Shown: positions 1-12,900 of the stretch, piece by piece
Layout: every line of letters starts with the position of its first letter
Numbering within the stretch: the first letter of the stretch is position 1
Assembly (NCBI GenBank): GCA_030141605.1
Contig: JAQGDQ010000253.1
Location: 142,911-206,910, forward strand
Direction of reading: 5' to 3'
Origin: Tubiluchus corallicola
Lineage: Eukaryota > Animalia > Priapulida
Length of the DNA: 64,000 nt
Translations under genes and position numbers: made by a program
Notes under the pieces: generated by a model
What the model saw: only the letters and a program-made list of their open reading frames with translations
What the model was told of the DNA's origin: nothing
The model's database searches: none

Positions 1-162
1 TTGTACGCTATATGCTTTTGTGTTAATATGCACACTTTGTCAGCCATTTTTATAACAAACTCGTTTTTCTTCTAGATCAAAACTTCTTGTTCATAATCAT
101 AACTTTGGAAGTGACATGAGAAACAACCCGAACATTGATGGTAATTTCAACATGACCTGGTT

Positions 163-1340
163 TGTGTAACTGGCAGTGTAAAGCATTTCATATGTGTAAC
201 TGGCAGTGTAAAGCATTACATACATGTAACTGGCAGTGTAAAGCATTACATACGTGTAACTGGCAGTGTAAAGCATTACATACGTGTAACTGGCAGTGTA
301 AAACATTACATACGTGTAACTGGCAGTGTAAAGCATTACATACGTGTAACTGGCAGTGTAAAGCATTACATACGTGTAACTGGTAGTGTAAAGCATTTCA
401 TACGTGTAACTGGCAGTGTAAAGCATTACATACGTGTAACTGGCAGTGTAAAGCATTACATACATGTAACTGGCAGTGTAAAGCATTACATACGTGTAAC
501 TGGCAGTGTAAAGCATTACATACATGTAACTGGCAGTGTAAAGCATTACATACGTGTAACTGGCAGTGTAAAGCATTACATACGTGTAACTGGCAGTGTA
601 AAACATTACATACGTGTAACTGGCAGTGTAAAGCATTACATACGTGTAACTGGCAGTGTAAAGCATTACATACGTGTAACTGGTAGTGTAAAGCATTTCA
701 TACGTGTAACTGGCAGTGTAAAGCATTACATACGTGTAACTGGCAGTGTAAAGCATTACATACGTGTAACTGGCAGTGTAAAGCATTACATACGTGTAAC
801 TGGTAGTGTAAAGCATTTCATACGTGTAACTGGCAGTGTAAAGCATTACATACGTGTAACTGGCAGTGTAAAGCATTACATACGTGTAACTGGCAGTGTA
901 AAGCATTACATACGTGTAACTGGTAGTGTAAAGCATTACATACGTGTAACTGGCAGTGTAAAGCATTACATACGTGTAACTGGCAGTGTGAAGCATTACA
1001 TACATGCAACTGGCAGTGTAAAGCATTACATACGTGTAACTGGTAGTGTGAAGCATTACATACATGCAACTGGCAGTGTAAAGCATTGCATACGTGCAAC
1101 TGGCAGTGTAAAGCATTGCATACGTGCAACTGGCAGTGTAAAGCATTGCATATGTGTAACTGGCAGTGTAAAGCATTACATACATGTAACTGGCAGTGTA
1201 AAGCATTACATACGTGTAACTGGCAGTGTAAAGCATTACGTACGAGTAACTGGCAGTGTAAAGCATTACATACATGTAACTGGCAGTGTAAAGCATTACA
1301 TACGTGTAACTGGCAGTGTAAAGCATTACGTACGAGTAAG
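163..1340. repeat. 30-bp minisatellite, ~39 units (consensus GTGTAAAGCATTACATACGTGTAACTGGCA)
   Basis: Exact 30-bp periodicity is visible line by line, with few variant positions. The array ends ~30 bp before the GPCR ATG. Confidence 0.98.
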
Positions 1341-1368
1341 ACAGTGCAGATCCTGTAATGGCTACACA

Positions 1369-2619
1369 ATGAGTGAGCAAATTAGTAACGCCTCACAACC
1401 CGCTGATGTCACACAACCCAGTTTAAATGACAATGGCAAGTACGTTCATACTGTTTACAGTCTGGTGGCATCCATGATTACTGCATTGTTATTACCCATG
1501 ATCATTTGCGGCAACTTTCTTGTTGTGGCTGCCATCATCAAGTTCAACCGTCTTCGGGTCCCGGCAAACTTTTTCATAGCTTCTTTAGCTGTGTCAGACA
1601 TGATTACTGGACTACTAATACCACTCACACTTGCGATCGAGGTAAAGAAACTCTGGATTAATCCAACACTGATTCTAATGATACCGTATTGCTGCATCGC
1701 AACAACATCTGGTGTGTCTATGATAACATTGGCACTAATTGCTTATGATCATTATTTAGCATTGATCAAGCACTTGGAATATTTCAACATAATTTCAATG
1801 GCTCGTGTCACCATTTTGATAACATTGACCTGGTGCTATGCAGTATTAGTGAGTTTTGTACCAATGTTTTTGCATTGGTACCCCAGTGTCTCGTGCACAT
1901 TTGAGAAACGAACCCTTTTACTGCTTTTGTTAACACTCTTTGTACCTTCGTTATCTGTGATAGTTTGTTGTTATTTTCAAATTTTTAAAGTGGCGCAGCA
2001 TCACGCTCGTGCTGTCAGTGCAATGGTAGCATCTTTACAGCACAATCGGGAACAGGGTGAAGAGGAATTGCAGCAGCATTTTGGCAAGCACCGCAAGTAC
2101 GTAAAAACGCTTGGTGTCGTCATTGGTGTTTTCTTGGTTGTGTGGCTGCCAGTTACTGTAACGCTATTCGTCGATGCTCTGACACCCAGCTGTCTTGTAT
2201 CACGCTGGACACAAAATTTTCTAGCTTTATTGGCTTTCAGCAATTGTGCTGCTAACCCTTGGCTTTACGCGTATAGAAGTAATGATATACGAACAGGTGT
2301 GCAGTATCTAATTACCCACCTGCAAAGATTATGCAATCTTTGCGAAGATGAATCTGAAGACGAAATATTTGTAGATGAAGAAGGTGTAGAAGTCAACGTG
2401 TGGACAATTAGTGCCCCGAATGCTCCAAAGACGTCCCCTGTTCACCTCGTTTCTGAACAACGATGTAGCCTCGAGAACCCAACCTGTCGAACAAATCTTG
2501 ATATCGAATTAATTGACACCGAACCAGTGATTTCAAATAACCATAAAAGTTTCGAGAAAGATGATATAGCTGTGCAAAGTGTGAAGAGTGAAAAAGATTT
2601 TTCAAATTTACCTAGTTAA
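1369..2619 (+). CDS. Intronless class A (rhodopsin-like) GPCR, 416 aa, orphan
   Basis: Seven hydrophobic segments with GN (TM1), SLAVSD (TM2), DHY in place of DRY, TM4 Trp, FLVVWLP (TM6) and NPWLY (NPxxY). The first in-frame ATG is at 1369. The 988 start in the ORF track is a GTG inside the repeat. Confidence 0.92.
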   Translation: MSEQISNASQPADVTQPSLNDNGKYVHTVYSLVASMITALLLPMIICGNFLVVAAIIKFNRLRVPANFFIASLAVSDMITGLLIPLTLAIEVKKLWINPTLILMIPYCCIATTSGVSMITLALIAYDHYLALIKHLEYFNIISMARVTILITLTWCYAVLVSFVPMFLHWYPSVSCTFEKRTLLLLLLTLFVPSLSVIVCCYFQIFKVAQHHARAVSAMVASLQHNREQGEEELQQHFGKHRKYVKTLGVVIGVFLVVWLPVTVTLFVDALTPSCLVSRWTQNFLALLAFSNCAANPWLYAYRSNDIRTGVQYLITHLQRLCNLCEDESEDEIFVDEEGVEVNVWTISAPNAPKTSPVHLVSEQRCSLENPTCRTNLDIELIDTEPVISNNHKSFEKDDIAVQSVKSEKDFSNLPS

Positions 2620-3787
2620 TTTATGTCATACCTCATTAACTATTTCTAATTTGGGTAGATTTTGGTTACTGCACAGATTTCTTTGTTTTGCGTGTTGCAT
2701 GTCCATAGCCATGCTAACAGTGAATGAGCTTTAATGAAACATTGAATAATCTACTGGTTTTCCATGCAAATTTTCATGTAACTTTGCTGTTATGAAATCA
2801 CATGTACATGTACTTCGTAGTTTGGACTGCAGTGTAAGCTCTTAGTGTGCTTTTACTACTTTTATATTGTGTTTACTAGATTTTTGAAGTATCTATTAAG
2901 TACAGATGCAACAGTCTTAAATAAAGATCTTGGCTATAGCTGCAGGACTTTATTGTCTGCCAAAATCAGTATGAAAATCATCAGTATTAAGTTTAGGCAA
3001 TGATTCATGTGTTTCGCTATCAAGTTTCAGCACATTGCTATTGCTTAATAACTTTGTAACTTTTTTGGGTAGTGTCATTTACTATATACTACACTATCAT
3101 ATCTCTCTTTGAAAAAGGAAGACACCTCTACAAGTTCAGAATTTCATGTTAGAGGATCATCATTGGTAAAATTTGTAATTTGGCTGTAACTGCTAGCAGT
3201 TGTAGGCCCTGCTGCAGAATAGGTTATAATAAGCAAGAGCTGCACCAATGTGAAGTCTTGACTGTTTTCTGCAGTGGTTTGATTTGACTGTGTGGTGATG
3301 TGTCCACTGTTCCCTGCCAAGTGGACAATGTCAACATTGCAGTTGCATAACAAATTTAAGTTTTAATTGTACCAATTGTTAATTTCGTACAGCAGCATAT
3401 TGTGGAAAACTAAACCATGTTAAATAATGCATCATTATAGTGTTTGTGTGTGTGTGCTTACTGTCAACTGGTGTAGTTGTTTATTTGCACTGATAAAGCT
3501 GTGATAGTAGAATAGCCATCATTTTTTGCTAGCCTGATTGTTACACGAGTTTAAAGATTCAACAAATTGTGAAGCCAGCAAATAAAACTGCAATGCCCAA
3601 TTTTCTGTAAAAATTACAGTTTTTTACAACATTCTTTGTAAACAAGAAATAAGAACAACAACAACAACAATAATAAACATTTCACAAGATTAAAAAGAAT
3701 CACTGCGGAGAAAATGGCGTTAGAATTATATGGCAGGCTTTCATACAGTTTTTAAGTGAATACAAATAAAAAGGTTTGACAAATTAA

Positions 3788-3863
3788 CACTAGAAGGCAG
3801 CACTCACCAAGAACAAGAGAATTATATTGCAGGCTTTCACACAAATCAACACTAGATGGCGGC
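3788..3863 (+). promoter_or_regulatory. Pair of CTCF-like motifs in a short tandem duplication
   Basis: CACTAGAAGGCAGC (3788) and CACTAGATGGCGGC (3850) resemble the CTCF core CCASYAGRKGGCRS. They lie between the converging GPCR and peroxidase 3' ends. Confidence 0.35.
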
Positions 3864-3983
3864 ACACAACAAGTACAAGTTAGTGAACAATATTAATACA
3901 GTGCAGCTAAAAATCAGCCTGCGAATTATTATTATAAACAATGAAAATCAGTATCTAACACTACTAGAACAAATGTTTTAACT

Positions 3984-6900
3984 TTATGTAACGACTGTAC
4001 CAGGTTTGTACTCCGGCGTGTAAAATAGGGATACATCAATGTCTGGTATTGAGTCACACGGTATTATAGGATTACTGTAGCTGCAATAATACAAAAACGT
4101 TTCAATTTAGTGTATATAATATAAGAAATAAAACTCATTAACTCACACTAGCCTAAATTGCAAATCCACGCCTACCATTTTGAAAATTTCCGTTTGCAAC
4201 ACATATAAGCTCCTTTTTTTGGTCAATAAAATGCGAATAATTTTTTTCACATTAGTACACTATTGTTTTGTTTTAAAGGTACATTAAGTGAATTTAAAAT
4301 TAATTGGATCAAACATCAGAAATGAGAAAAATGTGCTACAAACCATTATATTAATGATTTTCGATACTGTCAGATGTTACATTAGGTGACGTAAAAAATG
4401 CGCCCAAGTTTTTATTGTGATATTATAAGAACAAAATAACCGAATCACTTGAAAATTACCGCACTGATGTGGCAATTACACACTGATTATCTACATGTAT
4501 CAATGAGCAGCAGAAATTTTAGGCCATTCCTTGAGATTTTTTCAAAAGCACAAAATTTTCAAATCCTAAAAATAACTAGTTGAAAATTTCAGTCCCTGCC
4601 TAGATGAAGCCCGTTTTCTTCCAATTGCATATATAGTTTTTCACTTCTCTAAGGAGTATTTGAAACACTCAACGTTTTCTGCATTTTGTTCCTCTGCGTC
4701 AAATTGCTCTGTGGGCCGCCAGGGCTTTCTTTTTAAGGGAATTCCAGATACCGTACAACAAATCTTTATCAGTGCCTCATTTTCTGCTTTCGTACTTTCT
4801 GTTTTTACTAACATAAACATTTTCTATTTTCTACTAACATAATCATTCATGATGAAGACTATGGTGTAAACTGCTTGATACGTTTTACTGTCATGTATTG
4901 AGTGCTTTATAGGCTGTTTTTCATTAGCTGACATTATTCCTGCATTTAATTTTTAATGTACAAATTCTTTTCGGCCATAACTTAGAAACTAGTAAAGCTA
5001 TAACTTGTAACTTTCATAGCGAAAAGCTGTGCTTTATACCATGAGATGAAATTTCAATTTTTTATTTAACTTCTAATGGTCTTCTAATATACCACTGGCT
5101 GAGCCCTACTCTACCTAGTTCGTAACTCTAGGTACTACAGCTTTCGAGTTAAGTAAGTGTTACAACACGAACTGATTAATGTTCTGTTTCCTCGACTCTG
5201 ACCATTCAGCATACCGTTGTCAAGACCATTAGGCCATATGTCCACTCAGCAAGTTTTGTGCAGCTCTGTGCTTTGGCAAGTTAACATGAATTGAAAGTAC
5301 TTGCCTAAAAAACTGGATGCTTAACGTTAACAAAAAGACAAAATATCAGCACATGGGGTCACTTAGTTTGGACGTGGCTCGCCCATAAAAATGCTTTTCT
5401 TTTGATACAGACTTACCTGTTCTCCAACAGCAATGCATTTCGCTGGATTCTGGTAATAAAAGAATTGCGACATAGCAATCCTGCTAATGTCTGCCTTCTG
5501 ATCTCTGACAGTTGCCCTGTAAGAAAACCATACAAGCTCCGTTCCATATTTCTGTTTCTTTTTAAGCAGAGGGAAACAGAGAAGCTTATTACCCCAATTC
5601 AGGGAGATAAGCAGTTTATATTATAATCGAATTATCTAATTTGGTATCCTGCTATGAACAAATTTGACTCGTACTGATTGAGCCTGGGTCTCGTTAAACT
5701 CAAAATTAACGATAGATTAGAAGTGACATCAATGTCGCCACATTGAATTTAAGATTGTAAGTAAAAAGCCTGATTCCATCAATCGATGTTCTACTCTTGC
5801 TAATTTTCATGACTATCCATAGTTACAACTGGCATAACCATAGGCTTTTTGAAAGGTGTTATCGCCGCCATCTTAAACCAGAATGGCGGATCGAAAATCC
5901 GACTCTGTCAGACGATGCAGAGTTTACACTAGTGTATTCATTTGAAGCTTCATGACTATCCATTGAGAATTCACAGGGCTTTAGGCTTTTTCTGAAAGTG
6001 CTGTTTTCGTCGCCATCTTCAATTTAAAATGGCAGACCGAAAATCCGACTTTGTCTGTCAATGCAGAATTAGAGTATGTTCCTATAAAGCTTCACGGAGT
6101 CTTAAGCTTTTTTCAAGAGGTCATCTATCAACAAGAACAACAACAGCAACATCCTGAAGAGAGTGGCGATCTAGGTCGAGTCCCTCGACCAAAAACTCAG
6201 GTCTAAATAGACTGCACACACGACTACAAATCCTAAAAACTAAATTTTGCTGCGTTTTGTATTATTTGTCCTTACATTTGGTTCATTTTTGAAATATAAA
6301 TGATTGCTTACTTGGCGTAAAGCTGTGTAGCATGCCGCCGTTTTCATAGAAAAACCGGTCACCTTGACGCAGTCGTCCAAACTGAGTCCCCACCAAGCAA
6401 GACGCTGTGGGTCCGAGAAGCCCATCAGGAACAGGGTATTCAGCCATCGCAGCCGGGAAAAGATCCACTCTGTCAATGCCATCTCTGTTAGCAAGAAACT
6501 AATTAAGTTCAAACTGTTGCAGCCTAGTTAATTTGCTTAATTTGTAAATTATAGCAAAATTCATGCAGTATAAGTATATGAAAGAAGAGAAAGAAATAAC
6601 TAAAAAGAGATTGTATTTTGCAAAGTTACTAAAATCCTTGTCAAGCGAAAAAAACAATGGAAAGTTAACTGCGCATTTTTTTTTAATTGAACGCAACAGA
6701 TCATAATGCAGGCTCGATCCTTGGACCAGGCAACTTGGTTTAATCACAGTCTCTTTCAGCTTTCTTTAGTGTAATCTGCACATTAGAAGTCGCAACTCTC
6801 AAGATCTTATCCAATAATGATCCAATGATCCTGTACCAAAAATGATTTAGTTTGTTAAGCAACACAGTGTACGTACGCTCCGTAGATATTTTGCAAACGC

Positions 6901-9900
6901 TCGACTACGATTGGTCTCATGTAAGCTGCCAAGTCGGCAATCTTGGTGACTTCCGGTAAGCCGCAGAAATGCCGAAATTCCCTGTATCGTGGTACACCAT
7001 GATCTCGGGCACGTTGAACATTGAGTGCAGGTAAGTCCATTCCGTAAAATTCTCCATGCTCTGGGAATAAGTGGTTTAATAATTGTGGATCAATCGTTCT
7101 GAAACAGTAATCATACTATCACTCAGGCTCTAGTCACAGTGACTCCCACTTGTTTAACTTATTAAGATGTTAATAAGATTCTTAATGTATTTATCTCGTC
7201 TTGTACATATAGTACACAACACACTAGCAAGGCTCTACCAGTAAGCAAACAAATTGCCACATGGCTTAACAAAGTGACAGTCTAATATAATCTAATTCAA
7301 TCCAACATAATCCAAAATTGACCTTTTATGTCAGGACAAGCTATTATTGTGTAGCTCTAGCTTAAAAAACTACGACATGTTTTACACATTCTACTGAAAC
7401 AATAGGTGAGTGATGATGGGTATGAGCTTAAAGTCTGAAGTTTCTGCAATATACCACTCTCTACTTTATTTTGTTTAGAAGGGAGAATTAAAATCCGAAC
7501 GCGGCCAAAACACCTATGCCAATTTAGTGTTTTATGCCAAGTAGAGAGTAGCCTCAGCATCTGGCGCTGAAATCCTGCTTGCTCGGTGCCAGACTACTCA
7601 AAGAGCTGTGCCTACGGGCAGATAAATGCTTGATGAAAGTAACTCAGAAGCTATAAAGGATGATTTTAACTTACTCGTCTCTTTCACGTGCTGCTGTCAT
7701 AGCAAAAGCCAATAAAAATGTCGTGGGTTCGTAACCTCCGTCTCTTTTACTCCGGCAAACTATCTCAGAATTGAAAAAATTTTCTCTTAGCATCACTCTG
7801 CTACCATTAGGCATGGTGAACGTGCCCTGAATGAGGGTATGACCGAACCTGAAAAAAAATTGTTTGCGACAAACAAGTGAAAATTGCAAAATCCTGGCAT
7901 TAGTTATATGTAGGCTACAATAAAAGCATTAATCAAAATGTATTCCCACACGTAGAACATAAACCTTTGTATTTCAATTAAACATATCTCAGAGGTGAAC
8001 AAACTAGTGAACAACTAGAATTTAAAGTTTTTTCTCCTTCAAAGAGATGCGAATTTTACGGCATGGAAACTTGGTGTATATGGAACGTGTTTAAACCTTT
8101 CCTAGCTGTGTGCTCATCTACTGCTAATGCTCTAAGGCTAAGCCTATTTCAGCCAATGCATATGCGTATGTGTTAGCTAGGCAGATTGACTTCTGGCAAA
8201 AATTTTTTAGTAATCCTGGAAAACATGAACAGTTGCTAACATGTTTCAACATTGCTACCAGGTGCGGCAGTAAACTTGCTATATATATATATCTTTAGTC
8301 TGTGAATTGTTCCAAAGTGAAGAGATACAAATTTAACTCAACTACTTCTTGTCATTTGTTTTTGTCTTTGCAGTTGTCACAAAAGCCAAGAACAACATCT
8401 CTCTCCCTCCCTCTCCCGCTCCCCTCCGTCTGTCCGTCCGTCCGTCTCACTCTTCTTCCTTTTAGTCTTTCCTCTCTTGCCCTCACAAAGAAAACATAGC
8501 ACACAAACTGGAAATATACGCTTTGCTGTAAAATAAGTAAACTGACCGCGGGACTGTAGAAAAATATTATGCAAAACACCAGGTTACAATACTGACCACT
8601 TAAGCACAAAAGGCCCTTTTGGATTTGCAACTCAACCAGCGGAGGAATCTAATGGTAAATAAATATTAATTTGCACAAAAATTCATAACAACCAAAACGC
8701 AAAAAATATCACCAAAACACTTGCTTATTCGTGAAAAGAGAAACAATCCATGTTACACCGCACTGTTAAGCGTATTAAATATTACTGATCCCATTTGTCA
8801 ATGTGAATGTATGTATATCTTAGTATGGATATTGTTGCGGATGACAAACGCGAGCGTTTGAATTTAATTTCTGATGTGGTCGGAACAAAGATTCAAACAT
8901 ACAAATCTATGAACCCTTCTTTAGTAGTTAGCTCCAGATGTTTCTAGGGAGGACTCTGTAGCTGAATGGAACAGAATTGCCTTTAGAAGGACAGAACTTT
9001 CCTCACACAACTTGCGAATTGAGTAGGACAGATGGGCCCGTCTACCTAGAGAGCGTAGAATTTGTAATTGCGATAACTCCTCGATTCAAAGGTTTCTGTT
9101 GTTGTATCCATGGCACGGAATTAAGAATTTAATATGCAACACTTGATTTCACATCAAATAGTGACTTGTTTAAATGTAATGCTAAAATTTGGCTATCTTC
9201 GTTAGGGAGTGTTTTGATTTATATTAATTTATTAACTTTTTATAAATTCTGATTAGTATCGTTCTATTGTTACATGGACCATTAATTTATCACTCGCAAT
9301 TATTTCAAACTGTGTCAAACTTCAACAAGTAGATCGTTCCTGGACACGAGTCTAGCTTAATTAAATGTTTTTTATCATGAATGTGTTTTAGTTGCAACAT
9401 GTTTGATTTAAATTGTGCAGTGTGATTTTTAGTGTAAACTGGTGTAATTTGTAATGGTCAATAAATTAATAATAATAAATGTATGAAAGTTTTAATGCAG
9501 GCATGAAGGCATAATGTTACTTGAGACTGAAATGAAACTCAACTTTCAACAGTTGATGGTTATAGGTAGCTTTTATAGTTTTCTTCATACAAGTGACACA
9601 GGTGGAATTTACTTTATTTATACTACACAAAACAGTATAAATCCATTTATAGTAACAGTAGCAGCACAAATCTATTTTTTACCTGAAAACGGCTGCTGAG
9701 AAGGCGTTGTGCATTGTTGCATCAGCGTAAGGATCATATCCATAGTAATAGTCCCCATTGTTTATTATGTCAAGGCCAAAACTAGCAAGATTATTCTCAC
9801 CAAGAATGATTGGTAGCCATTCGCGGAATGTTATGCACTGAATAATGGCTGAAATGATCCGTCTAGTCTCCTAAAAACAAAAAAAAATCCAAACAGGAAA

Positions 9901-12900
9901 GTCAATGCCTCATATCAAAAACGGTGTACACTTCATCATTGTTCAGTTATAACTTCCTACAGTTGTTGTAACCGTCAAGTTTTTTGCCCATCTGACTTAA
10001 TTTTTTATTTTGAAGTTTAATTGTGTAAGCTGTACAACAAGCAACTTTACTATTGCTGCGACACTAGGTGTTGATATGTTCCATGTGGAGTTACATAGCA
10101 GCTTCACCTAGCTGATATTGGAAAAGGTAGTGTGGTGCAGTCTAGATGGCAGCAGGCTGTCCCTGTGGCCTAGCAAGTTTCAACGTATCAAGGATGTTTT
10201 GGTCTAGTGTTCTACTAGCAGCTATAAGAAGGTGTAGCTTTATCTCCTTTGCACTTACCTAGATGAACAACAACCTGCCTGTCAGTGTGCATTACTGCAC
10301 ATCTAGATCATAGTGAGATCATAATTTGACGAAAAGAAAAGCAGTCCACCTGGTCAAGGTATTTTTACTCAAAAATCACGGAGTTTGTTTACCTGAAATA
10401 TACGCTCATCGTCCCAGTTGCCATGATTAATGTTGTTTAAATGCCAAAATTTGGTGGCTATTCGATTATGCTCTCTCAGGAGTAACGTATGCATGGCAGT
10501 GAGTCCTGGCTGTTCATTCGCTCTTATATCTCCTGAAGAATAATTTGCAAGTTACTTAATTGTCATGGTTTACTAGCAAATAATTGCCCTACATACACAA
10601 TAAATTTCATCTGGTAATCAAGGGTTTTCTGAACATTATTTAATCCCTGGCCATTACGAACTACGATACTTGAAATCTGAAACATGTGGTCAGATAGCAC
10701 GTTTCCTCACCTAGTCAAGGAATATCCTGCCCAGCCAGATGCTTTGTGCAAGATCCTACCCTGCTGTTCACACATGAATTGGCATCTTTGTTCATTTGTC
10801 CAATTGCAAGAGGTTTCAGGTTTATTGTTGATTTTGATGGACAATAGAATGTCGTTGGATACCAACACTTCAAGTTTCTCAGACAAATGTCATAATATTA
10901 TTAAATTTTGAAGAAATGATGTTAAACTTACCGCCAAGAACACATTGTGTTTCTTTTCCAGATCTATCCATACAGGGAAGTCCTTCATCACCGTCGTCTA
11001 TTGGAAGATTAGGAAGATTTACGCATCCCGTTTTAAATTTCAATAAGCCTGTTAACCAGTAAACATGGTCGAGTCTTAAAAAAGATTTAACATGCAGGTA
11101 TTTGTCCATGTTACTGACTCAACTTGACTCGAACCCTACCCGAAATTAACTCTTCAGCTGAACATAACATTTCAACTACAATAAATTTATGCAGTTTCAG
11201 ACTGCTATGAATAACAATTCTAGGTAATATGCCAGTCATTAGAAATTGTACTCTTAGTAAAACTCCAGCCACATTCATGACATTCTATAAGCAATACAGA
11301 TGGAGTATTTTGACAATTGTGGCTTTTTGGATGTGAAATTTATAATCGTTCTATTTCACTCATCTGGATTTTTTGGTGCAAAAAAACAGCAAACAAAAGC
11401 CACTGGTGGTGGCACAGTTAGGATTAGGAAAACGGTTTTGGTTAGCTAATTACTACTTTGTCACACGTGAACTGCTTTGGCCTAATCTGTAGTTATGATG
11501 ACCTTTGGTTAACATGATATCTACACCAAAACCATCAGGCATCGGCATTCTCGAGATAAGTTGCTCGAAAATTATGATTGTTATTTTCCTTCCCTTTGTG
11601 CGCCAGATTTCTTTACATATGTGACTAATACGTAAATTCTGTGTAAATTTTCTGCTTTATATTAAATTTCAGCTGTACCATGTCGGTGGAGACGCAGTCT
11701 GTTAGCATGTTCTATAGAAGATCCGTAAACTTGAGACCCATCTACGTATGCTGTAATTTGATTCATTTGTTCAGCAGGACCTAAAATTGTAAAACGCCTA
11801 ACAATTAAAAACAACATAGAAATTCTCAGCTCGAAAGAGGTTCATGATTTGTTCTTGAACTTCCAGACTGATTTGTTCATTAGTTTGTGGCTACAATTAT
11901 TCGCATAAAAGTTTCTTGCACATTACATATTTTGAAAATTGCTTCCCAGATGAAAAGGAACAGATTTTTTTCTTTTCATTTCATTTCATGTCATTCCAAT
12001 TCCAATCTTATCCACATCGGGTCAACAAAAGACTTGATGAAAAAACAATCAGAAAATGCAGAATAACATCCATCAACGACCATTTCTTTTGAAGTTAAGG
12101 TATAATGACAGAAAAAAAACAAATAAAATAATAATTAAATTTTTACCAATTCCGTGCCTAGTGTTGAGAGATCTTGGTAAGCTTATGCATTCAACTTCAC
12201 CCTGAAAAACCGGATCATCCACTGGAACAGGAATAGCAAAGCATCTAGGGTCGCTGAGAGTTTCTTCATTGAAAGGGCAGCACTCGAGAGGCTCACCAGC
12301 TGATGAAATAAAAATATTATATAGATATGTAATATAGCACAAAAATATGTATTTATAATAAAGAACTGTATACTTATTATCACCCTATAGTGTCATTTTC
12401 ACTAAAAAGGTGAATAACCGTGTCTTACAGCCTTGAATAACAAAAGATAATTATATCATATTAGACTAGAACTAAATCCTGAAACGTACGTCCATAAAGT
12501 TCTAGGGGCGCAGGCGTTTTTTTTTAAAGTGGGCAACATAGCCAGTTTTGTCAAATTGACTTTCGTTTGCTGAGCCCGCGCTTGAAAAATTAGGGGAAAG
12601 GGGTTGAAACCCAGTTTTTGCACGAACTATATAAATCAAAAGAAAGTCTCAGAAAATTAATATTAAGCGCAATTACGTCATCTATTCTATTGCATGGACG
12701 TTCAACCTAAGCAATCCATTTGTTACTTCCACTTCAAAAATGGCAGTCATTCTGAAAATGGCCACCATACAAAAAAAATTATACCATGCAAAATGGTGCA
12801 ATTATATTAGCTGTTTCACTTAACAAACAGCAAATTATTTCTGTCAATTTGACCTTGATGAATATAAAAAGCGCAGGCCCGAAAAAGGATGCAAACAGTA

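Noticed and set aside
116-169. ATG at 116 (MRNNPNIDGNFNMTWFV*) as the original GPCR N-terminus
   Set aside because: It is out of frame with the receptor, and adding or removing 30-bp units cannot fix that. At most it is a uORF.
163-1340. CRISPR-like array, or minus-strand/Cys-rich repeat proteins
   Set aside because: Units are head-to-tail with no unique spacers, in a eukaryotic context. The ORFs follow from a 30-bp unit lacking stops in several frames.
4273-5095. Kolobok-like MITE starting TTAAAGGTACATT
   Set aside because: There is no convincing matching right end or TTAA. A similar lone terminus lies at ~46951-46966.
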